Assembly: GCA_030390025.1 (NCBI GenBank) | Contig: CM059432.1 | Span: 82,772,001 to 82,836,000, forward strand | Direction of reading: 5' to 3' | Source of the DNA: Squalus acanthias | Taxonomy: Eukaryota | Length of the DNA stretch: 64,000 nt | Shown here: one piece after another, positions 1 to 11,789 of the stretch | How positions within the stretch are numbered: position 1 is the stretch's first letter | How the letters are laid out: each line of letters opens with the position of its first letter | Translations under genes and position numbers: made by a program | The notes under the pieces: model-generated | Databases searched by the model: none | What the model was told of the DNA's origin: nothing | Seen by the model: the letters and a program-made list of their open reading frames with translations, nothing else

Positions 1-139
1 AGTTAATGCTTAACTAAGTTAATGGTTAACTCAATAGTGATTTTAAAAAGTTTTTGCTCTGCGAGGAGAACAGCTGTAGTTAAGAACTAGTTAATTATAC
101 CTTTAGAACTACTTACGTTTCTGTGCGTGAGCTTAAGAG

Positions 140-390
140 TATTGGCAGACTATTCCATCACGCAGGGCATCAGAACCAACCCCAATCCTGTCCTCACCCA
201 ACATCCACATTTCCAGCACTGGACAACATTCAGGAATGAAAAACTTTGCAGACTTTCGCCTCCCTAACCCAATGTTGCTCAAGTTGATTGTAGAACTTCT
301 ACTGCTGCCCCAGATGAGATCAGTTAACTCATTATGGACTTAATCTGCATGGCTCAGGTATTGACTGAACAAATTAGCTGAGCCATGAGA
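140..390 (-). mobile_element. Old tRNA-headed SINE family copy
   Basis: Shares aatcctgtcctcacccaacatccaca and gagatcagttaactca blocks with the other copies listed. Confidence 0.6.
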
Positions 391-2554
391 GGTCTGACTT
401 TCATCTCCTAATGTAGAATCATAGAATCATAGATTGGTTACAGCACAGAAGGAGGCCATTCGGCCTGTCGAGCCCATGCAGTCTCTCTGCAAGAGCACTT
501 CAGCTAGTCCCACTCCCCTGCCCTTTCCCCGTAGCCCTGCACATTTTTTCTCCTCAGGTACTTATCCAATTCCCTTTTGAAAGCCACGATTGAGTCTGCC
601 TCCACCACCCTTTCAGGCAGTGCATTCCAGATCCTAACCATTCGCTGTGTAAAAAAGTTTTTCCTCATGTCGCCTTTGGTTCTTCTGCCAATCACCTTAA
701 ATCTGTGTCCTCTGGTTCTCGACCCTTCCGCCAATGGGAACAGTTTCTCTCGATTTACTCTGTCTGGACCCCTCATGATTTTGAATACCTTTTATCAAAT
801 CTCCTCTCAATCTTCTCTGCTCTAAGGAGAACAACCCCAGCTTCTCCAGTCCATCCACGTAACTGAAGTCCCTCATCCCTGGAATCATTCTCGTAAATCT
901 TTTCTGCACCTTCTCTAAGGCCTTCACATCCTTCCTAAAGTGCGGTGCCCAGAATTGGACACAGTTGAGGTCGAACCAGTGTTTTATAAAGGTTCATCAT
1001 AACTTCCTTGCTTTTGTACTCTATGCCTCTATTTATGAAGCCCAGTATCCTGTATGCTTTTTTAACTGCTTTCTCAACCTGCCCTGCCACCTTCAACGAT
1101 TTGTGCACATATAACCCCAGGTCTCTGTTCATGCACCCTCTTTAGGCTTGTACCCTTTAGTTTATATTGCCTCTCCTCGCTCTTCCTACCAAAATGTATC
1201 ACTTTGCACTTTTCTGCGTTAAATTTCATCTGCCATGTGTCCGCCCATTTCACCAGCCTGTCCATGTCTTCTTGAAGTCTATCACTATCCTCCTCACTGT
1301 TCACTATACCTCCAAGTTTAGTGTCATCTGCAAATTTTGAAATTGTACCCTGTACTCCCAAGTCCAAGTCATTAATATATATCAAGAAAAGCAGTGGCCC
1401 TAGAACTGACCCCTGGGGAACTTCAGTCTGAAAAACAACAGTTCACCACTACTCTCTATTTCCTGTCACTTAGCCAATTTCGTATCCATGCTGCCATTTG
1501 TCCCTTTTATTCCATGGGCTTCAACTTTGCTGGTAAGCCTATTATGTGGCACTTTATCAAAGGCATTTTGGAAGTCCATATACACCACATCAACCGTATT
1601 GCCCTCATCAACCCACTCTGTTACCTCATCAAAAAACTCGATCAAGTTAGTTAAACACGATTTGCCTTTAACAAATCCATGCTGGCTTTCCTTAATTGAT
1701 CCACACTTGTCCAAGTGACTGTTAACTTTGTCCCTGATTATCATTTTCAAAAGCTTCTCCACTACCAAGGTTAAACTGACTGGCCTGTAGTTGCAGGGTT
1801 TATACTTACACCCTTTTTAAAAAAAGGATGTAACATTTGCAATTCTCCAGTCCTCTGGCACCACCCCCATATCTAAGGAGGATTGGAAGATTATGGCCAG
1901 TACCTCCGCACTTTCTTCCTTAACCTCCCTCAGCATCCTAAGATGCATCTCATCGGGTCCTGGTGACTTATCAACTTTAAGTTCAGACAGCCTTTCTAGT
2001 ACCTCCTCTTTATCAATTTTTTTCTCATCCAGTAACTCCACTACCTCCTCTTTCACTATGATTTTGGCAGCATCTTCTTCCTTGGTGAAGACATTTGCAA
2101 AGTACTCATTTAGTACCTCAACCATGCCCTCTGCCTCCATGCATAGGTCTCCTTTTTGGTCCCTAATCGGCCCCACCCCTCCTCTTACCAGCTGTTTACT
2201 ATTTATATGCCTATAGAAGACTTTTGAATTCCCTTTTATGTTAGCTGCCAATCTATTCTCATACTCTCTCTTTGCCCCTCTTATTTTCTTTTTCACTTCC
2301 CCTCTGAACTTTCTCTCTTCAGCCTGATTCTTACTTGTATTCTCTACCTGACATCTGTCATACGCACTTTTTTTCTGCTTCTTCTTACTCTCTATCTCTT
2401 TCGTCATCCAGGGAGCTCTGGTTTTAGTTGCCCTACCTTTCCCCAAGTGGGAATGTACCTCGACTGTACCCGAACCATATCCTCTTTAAAAGCAGCCCAT
2501 TGTTTGATTATAGTTTTGCCTGCCAATCTTTGATTCCAATTTACCCAGGCCAAT

Positions 2555-3255
2555 TTGCCCATCGCCGAATCCCCCACTAGCAACATCCTGGGGGTCACCA
2601 TTAACCAGAAACTTAACTGGACCAGCCACATAAATACTGTGGCAACAAGAGCAGGTCAGAGGCTAGGTATTCTGCGGCGAGTGTCTCACCTCCTGACTCC
2701 CCAAAGCCTTTCCACAAGGCACAAGTAAGGAGTGTGATGGAATACTCTCCACTTGCCTGGATGAGTGCAGCTCCAACAACACTCAAGAAGCTCGACACCA
2801 TCCAGGACAAAGCAGCCCGCTTGATTGGCACCCCATCCACCACCTTAAACATTCACTCCCTCCACTACCGGCGTACCGTGGCTGCAGTGTGTACCATCTG
2901 CAAGATGCACTGCAGCAACTCGCCAAGGCTTCTTCGGCAGCACCTCCCAAATCCGCGACCTCTTCCATCTAGAAGGACAAGGGCAGCAGTCGCATCGGAA
3001 CACCACCACCTCCAAGTTCCCCTCCAAGTCACACACCATCCTGACTTAGAAGTATATCGCCGATGCTTCATCGTCGCTGGGTCAAAATCCTGGAACTCCC
3101 TCCCTAACAGCACTCTGGGAGTACCATCACCACACGGACTGCAGCGGTTCAAGAAGGCGGCTCACCACCACCTTCTCAAGGGCAACTAGGGATGGGCAAT
3201 AAATGCTGGCATTGGCAGCGACGCCCTGATCCCATAAACAAATAATTTAAAAAAA
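2555..3255 (+). mobile_element. 5'-truncated CR1/L2-group LINE 3' fragment inserted in CR1 ORF2
   Basis: RT C-terminus MEYSPLAWMSAAPTTLKKLDTIQDKAARLI...WNSLP...HHLLKGN; 3'UTR aagggcaactagggatgggcaataaatgctggc and A-rich tail; same family at 49850-50291 and 63745-64000. Confidence 0.85.
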
Positions 3256-3527
3256 GATTCGTTCTCAACCCACTGAGATTTGCCTTCCTCCAATTATGTA
3301 TTTTTACTCTAGATTGCTCCCTGTCCTTTTCCATAGCTAATCTAAACCTTATGATACTATGATCACTGTTCCCTAAATGTTCCCATACTGTTACTTGCTC
3401 CACTTGACCCACCTCATTCCCCAGATCAGATCGAGCAATGCCTTCTTCCTTGTTGGGCCGGAAACGTACTGATCAAGAAAGTTCTCCTGAACACACTTCA
3501 GAAAATCTTTCCCATCTCTGCCCTTTA

Positions 3528-4425
3528 GGGGGAGAAATTCAGTATCGCCCCATTTGGGGCGCAATTATCAGCCGGGCGCAAAGATTAGCGCCTGGCGCTA
3601 ATTATCACCTCTGACTGCAAACATGGCTTTTATCGCCCCTGGAGGTGATTGTAGCGCTAAATCAGATGCTTCACAACTGTCTTAAGGCGCAAAGGCTGAG
3701 GAGCGAGGCGCTACCTCAGAGCGCTGGCGAAGCTCATGTGATGTCAGTCAGCAATGGAACACACACACAATGGCGCCGGCCAGTTCTTAAAGGGGAGGGT
3801 TGATCTTGCTCTCCATCCACATCCTGCTCATTGCAGCCTTGAATCTCGGCCTGGAAAGACCTGTACATCAAATCTGCAGGAAAGAACAATGGAGAGAACT
3901 AGGGAAAGAGCTCAGAGTGCAGCCCCCACAGTCTCTTCTAAATCGATACAAGGAAGGGCAAATCAAAATGAACCTGCAAAGTGCTGCTCAGTACCCAAAA
4001 CTCCTTCACACAGCGTTGAATCTCTCCAGAAGTCTCTCTCTCTCTCTCTCTCTCAGAATGCGTGGTGCAAAAATGTTACCAACAAAAAAAGGCAGGAAGC
4101 GGTCACCTTTAAATGGTGCTTCCCCAGTCCCTTCCTGACTGCAAAACGCTCCCCTCAACCTGTCGTTGCTAACAGCAGGCGGTAAGGCAGGGGGCGCCAC
4201 TCAATATCCGGTTGAGGGCGCTACCGGGGCGTTGCGCACTCGACTGATGTCACGATCTGCCGGCGCAGGAGATCGTGGCGGTAGTGTTTAGCGCCGCCGC
4301 AAAATGTCTAGTTAATTTCGTGAGCGGCGCAAACATCGCCACGCATGGGCGCTAGTTGCTTTGCGCCCCATTAACGCCCTCTTAAGGCACTAACGGGAGG
4401 CGCAAACCAACTGAATTTTTCCCCC
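3528..4425. mobile_element. Non-autonomous Harbinger (family A) inserted in CR1 ORF2
   Basis: TIRs GGGGGAGAAATTCAG / CTGAATTTTTCCCCC; ends homologous to 5981-10015; the CR1 sequence rejoins across it (cccttta|cactatt). Confidence 0.85.
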
Positions 4426-6316
4426 ATACACTATTATTATCCCAATCTATATTAGGATAATTGAAGTCACCCATTATCACTACTCTATAGTTCTTGCACC
4501 TCTCTGTAATTTCCCTGCAAATTTGCTCCTCTATATCCTTCCCACTCGTTGGTGGCCTATAGAATAGACCTACTAGTGTAATGGCACCTCTATTATTTCT
4601 TAACCCTAACCAAATAGATTCTGTCCTTGACCCCTTCAGGACATCCTCTCTCTCCAGCACTGTAATATTCTCCTTAACCAATACTGCAACCCCACCTCCT
4701 TTCTTTCCTTCCCTAACTTTCCTGAACACCTTATAGCCAGGAATATTTAGTAGCCAATTCTGCCCTTTTTTGAGCCAGGTCTCCATTATCGCCACAACAT
4801 CATATTCCCATGTGACTATTTGCGCCTGCAGCTCACCAACCTTATTTACCACGCTTCGTGCATTTGCACACATGCACTGAAAACCTGTATTAGACCTTCT
4901 TGTATTCTCTTTAATCTGACCCCACCCAATACCTTACTATTTCTTACTCTAGTGCTATCTGTCTCTCCCCATCCTTTGTGCCCTTTGTTTCTCCTTTCTA
5001 GTGCTACATCCTGGTGCCCATCCCCCTACCAACTTAGTTTAAACCCTCCCCAACAGCACTAGCAAACCCCTCTGCGAGGATATTGGTGCCGGCCCTGTTG
5101 AGGTGCAACGTCCGCCCTGTACAGGTCCCACCTCCCCCAGAACCAGTCCCAATGTCCCAGGAATTTGAAGCCCTCCATCCTGCACTGTCTCTCCAGCCAC
5201 ACATTCATCTGTTGTATCCTTCTATTTCTTTACCCACTAGCTCGTGGCACCGGGAGTAATCCGGAGATTAGTACCTTTGAGGTCCTGCTTCTAAATCTCT
5301 TTCCTAGCTCCCTAAAATCTGCCTGCAGGACCTCATCCCGCTTTCTACCTATGTCGTTGGTACCGATATGGGCCACAACCTCTGGCTGTTCACTCTCCCC
5401 CCTCAGAATGTTCTGCAGCTGCTCAGTGACATCTTTGACCCTGGCACTAGGGAGGCAACATACCATCCTGGAGTCACGTCTGTGGCCACAGAAACGCCTG
5501 TCTGTTCCCCTAACTATCGAATCCGCTACCACTATTGCCTTCCTGAACTTCCTCCTCCTCCCCCATACAGCTGAGCCACCCATGGTGCCGTGGACTTGGC
5601 TCTGGCTGTACTCACCTGAATAGTGGTTGGAGAGCGAAATGCACTACCTGCCTGGTCCTTCTTGTCTGTATGACGGTAACCCATTCCCCTCTCTGCCTGC
5701 ACACTCTTATGCTGTGGGGTGACCGCCTCCTAAAACATGCTATCCATGTAGCTCTCAGCCTAACGGATGCACCGCAGTGACGCCAGCCGCTGCTCAAGCT
5801 CCGAAACCCGGAGCGCAAGCTCCTCCAGCCGACGACACTTCCTGCACACGTGGTTGTCCAGGACACAGGAAGCGTCCTGGAGTTCCCACATGGCACAGGA
5901 TGTGCATTCCGTGGGACTGAGGTGCCCTACCATGCCTCTATTTATTCAACTAGTAACTAACTTACAGAAATAAATACTAAGGGCGAGAAATTCATTATCG
6001 CCCAGGAATGGGCACTAGCTTTGGAAAAGTTTGAGATTTAGCACCAGGCGCTAATGAATCTCGCTGCACGCAAAATTCATTGTCATCGCTCAAAGAAAGG
6101 ATGGGAGCGCTAAATCAAGCGCTAACGACCTAGCTCAGTGGCATTAGACTCAAAGCGCTAAGCAATATCAGGTGCAGTCTAATCGCGAGTCATCATTGCC
6201 ACAGGCTCTTTCCAGTTCTTAAAGGGGAGGTTCATGCTGCAGAACCTCATTCTCAGCATTGCTGGCTGTGAACCTGTGTCAACAAGAAGGAGCAGGCCAA
6301 GCCCAAGGAGCCAGAT

Positions 6317-8193
6317 GACTCAAGCAGGTGTCATGATGACAGAGCATTGGAGGAGTTGGTGTCTGCTGTGGAGAGACAGAGGGCGATGCTCTACCCAGCA
6401 AGTGACAGGAGGCCCTCGCCGCAAGTCTTCCGCACCATGTGGAGGGAGGTAGCCCAGCATGTCTCGGGCAGCACTGTGGTCCCCAGGACCCATACACAGT
6501 GCAGAAGAAATTTAACGACCTCACTCGGGTGGTCAGGGTGAATCAATGCTTCAACAAATGCTGCATACCACCGTCTGAACCTCAGTCAGCACACACTGGC
6601 CAAAGCACCACACCCCCAGCACTCACCCACCAACAATCTCCACCTACCAACACCCACATCACACACCTTGCAGACAATGACAGCTATTCAACTATGGCAG
6701 GCACATCACCCAAACATTGCTCCACACTCACTCACACACTTTCCTTTCTCTTGCAGGCCAAGATGGCTCACAACAGGAGGGAGCAGGAGCACACAGGCAG
6801 GGGACAAGCCAACACCCAACCACTGTCTGCGCTGGAAAATAGAATGCTGCAGATTATTGGGCGCCAGGTGGTGGGCGCCGTGGTCACCGGTAACATTGAC
6901 CCCCTCGGGGACAACAACGGTATGTTCATCCCTACTCCTTCTTCTCATACCCCACTTCCCCCTCACCCCACAAGCCTTTCGCACTTTCCAGCTAATCATG
7001 CTGTATGCATGCCTTTCTCCCTTCCTGCCCCCCTCCCCTCACCTTAACCCGAATCTTGCGCCTTTATGCTTTCAGATAATCAGCAAGCAGCTGAGCAGTC
7101 TGCCCCTGAGGGCACCGTAGAGAGCGAGGCGGGAGAAGAGGAGGAGGAACAACACACCGCGTCACTGCATGTCTCACCCGCAGACACCAGCTCAGATACT
7201 GGCACTACACGTTCTTTAGAGGCTAGTATAGTAGTGGGATCTGCACAGGGTGAGGCACTGGGAACGAGCGGGCTGCAGCAAGGCCAGGGGGAAGGAGTAG
7301 CTCGGGGGTCAGCTCCCCAGAGGGCACGTTCGCGCGCGAGTTCTGCTGCACAGGACTCTGATGAGGGCCTCAATGGGGAGGCGTTTAGAAAAAGGGTGAT
7401 GGGCATGCACATGGAGATGATAGGTGCAATGGCAAGGGCGCCCGAGAACCTGTCGGCAATAGTAAGGAGCGTGGAGGAGTCCACCTCCAACATTGCACAA
7501 AGCTCTGCGCACACCATGGAGCCCATCATTTCCAGTCTGGAAAGGATGGTAGACTCCCAGAAAGACCGTGGCGAACCAGACCTGATGCCGCGTGTGATGG
7601 GCGATCTGGCAGCTTCCATTGCAGCACAAGTGGAAGCGACACAACGCCTTAGTGCTGTAATGCAGTCTATGGTTGGTGCCATTCAATCTCAGACTGCACT
7701 CATGCAGTCTCAGCTTGATGCCACGCAAGCTCTGACTGTTGCCATCGTGGCTGGGTGTACCACCATCGGCCGGGGCTTTCACAGTGTCGCAGCAGGCCAG
7801 CAATCTGTGCTGCAACAGATTGCTAGGGATGCTGAGGTGCTGCCCCGGGGGAGTGCCAGTGGGTCAGTGGAGCAGGAAGCTGCTGTCCTCTCTCAGGATG
7901 ACAGCATTCCTGCTCCCCCCGCTGGGACACCACCATTGTCCTTGTCGCTGCTTGTCATCCAGCCAGCCCAAACTGCTGCCGCCCATGCTGAAGTGGTGCA
8001 GTCTATAGCCGGGCCTTCCAGGGCCAGAGCTGGTCGAGAGTGTCCTGCAAGGCAATCTGAAGTCTCCCGCACGGACACTCAGCAGCCTTCCACCAGCCGT
8101 GCTGCTGCCACTGGGCCAACACTTCGTAGGAGCACTAGAGTAGGCAAAGGTACAGTAATGCGAGGCACTAAGGGATTGCACACGGGTGAATAG
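6317..8193 (+). pseudogene. Harbinger Myb/SANT-like (trihelix, NAIF1-like) gene, exons ~6317-6537, 6757-6919, 7076-8193; frameshift in exon 1 (start approximate)
   Basis: LEELVSAVERQRAMLY...WREVAQHVSG...RTHTQCR(K)KFNDL; GT-AG introns in phase 0 and 1; open last exon of about 370 codons. Confidence 0.8.
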
Positions 8194-8349
8194 TAAATAT
8201 TGTTGTTGTAAAGATGTGTTCACTGATTATTGATAAATTTATTAATTCACTTCGGATAATTTTGTACTGTCTCTCATTTCAGCTGTGCGCTGCGATATGG
8301 TCTGCAACAGGGATGAAATGATGGGGATGTGGTGGACAACGGGGATCTG

Positions 8350-9526
8350 GGGTTGAATTTACTGGAACCACAATCACAATCACGGACCGCCCTTCCGGGA
8401 GGCCAATTGAGTGGCTGCCTCCTCCCTCGCTCCTATTCCTCCTCCTCCTCCTCATTTTCCTCATCCTCCTCCTCTCCCTCTTCCTCCTCCTGAGGTGGTC
8501 CAACAATCCCTGCTGGCAAGGGCTGGGCCCTCATGATGGCCAAATTGTGAAGCATGCAGCACACCACGACGAAATGGGACACCCGCTCAGCCGAGTACTG
8601 GAGAGCTCCTCTCGAGCGCTCAAGGCAGCGGAACCGTTGCTTGAGCACCCTAATGGTCTGCTCATTGATGTTCCTTGTGGCAGCTTGGCTCTCATTATAT
8701 GAGTGCTGGGCAGGAGTGTTGGGGTTGCGGAGGGGAGTCATGAGCTAGGTGGAGAGCGGATACCCCTTGTTTCTGAACAGCCAGCCATGAGCTTGATGTG
8801 GTGGCTGGAAGAATGCTGGCACACTGTTCTGGCACAGGATGAAGGCATCGTGGCTGCTGCCAGGATAGCGGGCATTGACACTGAGGATTTGCTGTCTGTG
8901 GTCGCACACCAAATGCACATTAAGTGAGTGGTAACCTCTGCGGTTATGGAAGATCTCAGGATTGTTATGCGATGCCCACAAAGCCACGTGAGTGCAGTCA
9001 ATGGCGCCCTGCACCATGGGGAATCCCGCAATCCTGGCAAAGCCACATGCACACTTGTCCTGCTTCTCTCTGGTGATGGGGAAGGAAATGTAGTCCCTTC
9101 TCCTATTGTAGAGAGCCTCTGTGACCTCCGGATGCAGCAATGAACAGCAAACTGCGAGATGTTACCTATATCTCCTGTTGCAGACTGGAAGGATCCGCTG
9201 GCAAAGAAATTGAGGGCGACGCTGGCATTGACTGCCACTGAGAGAGCCATCCTCATCCTGATCTGAGGCTCGAGGTCTGGTTGCAGGAGGTGGCAGAGTT
9301 CTGTGACCACCTCCTTGCTGAAGCGGAGCCTTCTAAGACACTTCTCCTGGCTTAATTGGAGGTAGGAGAATTGCTCTCAGAATACCCTCAGAGGGTAAGG
9401 CCTCCTGTTGAGAGCCCTGATGGCCCTCTTCCTCCCTCTGGCCACATGTTTCAATCTTTCTCGCTGCCTGCGCTCCCTCCACAGTAGATCCTGGAGGGTA
9501 AGGTCGACTGCCAGTACAGCCCCCAT
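8350..9526 (-). pseudogene. HARBI1-like DDE transposase pseudogene
   Basis: [50 protein letters not shown]; stops at 9377 and 8745, one frameshift near 9130, GDxGY motif changed to RNKGY. Confidence 0.9.
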
Positions 9527-10429
9527 TAATGTAAGGAAGTGCAGCACTTTGATATTTTGTGAGAATAAATGCAACTAATTTTAAGTAGCCACAACACTCC
9601 GGAGACTAAACAACCTTTGAATGACTGAATTCAACTCTTGAACTATCTCAAACTGACAAGGAAGCAGTGAAACACCACTAACCTGACAACTGTGACTCAT
9701 TACTAATGCTCCCTTTAAGTAGCGCCCCTGGAGCCGGCTACCGACTGCTTCACGCCTCCTCTCCCTGTGGCTGTTGGGGTGAGGCGCTAAGGCAGGGGGC
9801 AATACTCAATTTGGCAGATCGGGCGCCCAATGAGCGTTGTACGCTCACTGACATCACGATCTGCCTGACGCTGAAGTCACCAGCGCTAACTCATAGCGGC
9901 AGCACTATGGGGGGGGGGGGGGGGGCCGAATTTGGCGTGCAGCGCTGGATTCGCCCCGTTAGCGCCCCCACCAGGTGCTAACTGGAGGCGCTAACCAACT
10001 GAATTTCTCCCCCATAGAGTCTTAAAAGTCGGGCCTACATTTATCTCCGGCCGCTTCTCTCGCTCTCTTAGTTAATGTCTTTATTCACACGATTATTTAT
10101 AGTTATGTTAATTAGTTTATCTAGTGAAGTTAGAGAGAATAAAACGCTAATACTCACCCACCAATCACCACCTGCAGTCCTGTGACGTCACTCCTTGATT
10201 TTCTGTTCTTTTGGAATTTGTCGGATTTGTACTGTTTAAGTACAACCACCTCTGCTGCCGACTCCTTCCAGGTATGAAACAATTAGATTTAAAAAAATAA
10301 TTAAAGTATTTTTCTTACCATTTTTTCTGTCAGTTTTCTCCATGCTGGTGTATGGTTCCACAGACACAAATGCCCTCCAGTATGTTGATATATGGGCATT
10401 TTTATGCTTAGGTCCAGAAAGGGAGTGTA

Positions 10430-10720
10430 AGAAAGCTATTTGACCAACAGCTCAGCCAAGCCGAATTCTGTCCTCATCTGACATCCACACATGTGTACTT
10501 CCAGGGGTCACAAAATAGCAGTCAGGAGCAGAAGCAGGATTCCCTGGCTGATTTCTACCCCTCTATCCTCCAAAGCAGAAATGATAAGGCTATTTGTAGC
10601 ATCCATATTGGTACTCCAGCTGAGATACAGCTAATTCAGCACATAGCAGGGATCAAAACTAGGACCTTCTCAGTCTTTATGCCTCAGCTGGTTTCTGCCT
10701 TAACCAGTTGAGCCATTGGA
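10430..10720 (-). mobile_element. Old tRNA-headed SINE family copy
   Basis: ctgtcctcatctgacatccacac...cagctaattcagcac...aggaccttc...ccagttgagcca. Confidence 0.65.
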
Positions 10721-11789
10721 GAAGCCACATAATTATACATTTTATTTACATTTTTTACAACCAGTAAGCAAGGCACAAGGGGTAAATACTCAGAAAGTTA
10801 AGCCTGATAACATGATATAGACCCTTGAATTCAACATATTACAAAACTGAATTGATATGTCATAATCAAATAATCCATATGAGCCAATGCATAACAAGTG
10901 AAGTGGACTCTACCCTCTCTCTCCTTGAATACACTGATGCTGTGGACATTCTTCAACAGTAAAAGGATAACAGATCATCAGGTGAAGTACCCACCTTTGT
11001 CCAGATTTCAAGGGTTGAAGGAGGAGGAAGACCTCTTCCCAAGTTAGTCATCACAGCTGGTCTTAGAAACAGTAGTGCAAATGCCCTATTACGGCCACTG
11101 CCTCTGAGGCAAGATGTCACACACACTTTTACTTAGGGCAGAGGGAGGGCACCCTATTTACATAAGACACATCTTGGGCACTCACCAGAAGTGGAAGGCT
11201 GAAGGGATACAAAATAAAAGGAAAAAAAATGTTTTAAATCTTTGGGGTTCAGGCCACAACCCAATTGGTGTACCACCAACCACTGTTCTGCCAAGCAGGG
11301 GATTTTTCTCTTACACCATCAAGAGGGAGACTGCCACTGTGTGCACAGAAAATCCCAGTTTTTGAGATGCCATTATAGCACCAGAAGAGATAATGAGGGA
11401 CCTCAAAGGGGTGGAAGCACTCTGAAGATCAGATCAGCTGCCCCACTGCAGACCTCAGCTGAGCCCGGGGTCTTCAGCAGGTAAGTGTTTGGAGCTGACT
11501 GGAGGTAGGAGGCTACTACAAGGGCCTTTCCCTCCACTGGGGGACCTCAAGGTCTTTATCACTGCTTCCTGGGTCCTACTGCTATCTTCCACATGGCTGC
11601 CCCAGGAAGCGGTGGTAAGTGGGATGGACAAGAGGAAAATCCTCTTGGAACTCATTTGCATGCAACAGATGGCAGTGGTCCCAGCGGGGACAGGGGGAAG
11701 GAAATTCTAGTCAGGGCTTTGAGGCAGCGGTAGGCCTCACTGTCTGAAATCTCTCACATTCTCTACCGTGATCCCATCCTATTTCTGGA

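Larger units (their letters stand above)
5981..10015. mobile_element. PIF/Harbinger transposon family A, full-length, decayed
   Basis: TIRs GGGCGAGAAATTCA / TGAATTTCTCCCCC; convergent Myb/SANT gene (+) and HARBI1-type transposase (-). Confidence 0.92.
414..10200 (-). mobile_element. Full-length, decayed CR1 LINE (ORF1 zinc-finger/leucine-zipper + SGNH esterase; ORF2 APE-RT) carrying three nested insertions
   Basis: 3' (ATTCTATG)n tail at 414-432; RT motif IYINDL...KFADDTKL (1074-1385); APE CANARSV...VIMGDFNYPNIDW (4382-4873); ORF1 ATG at 5933 with CTSC...CRKC and esterase ADSIVR/HIGTND (5230-5583); 5'UTR resumes after 10015 (5' end approximate). Confidence 0.9.
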
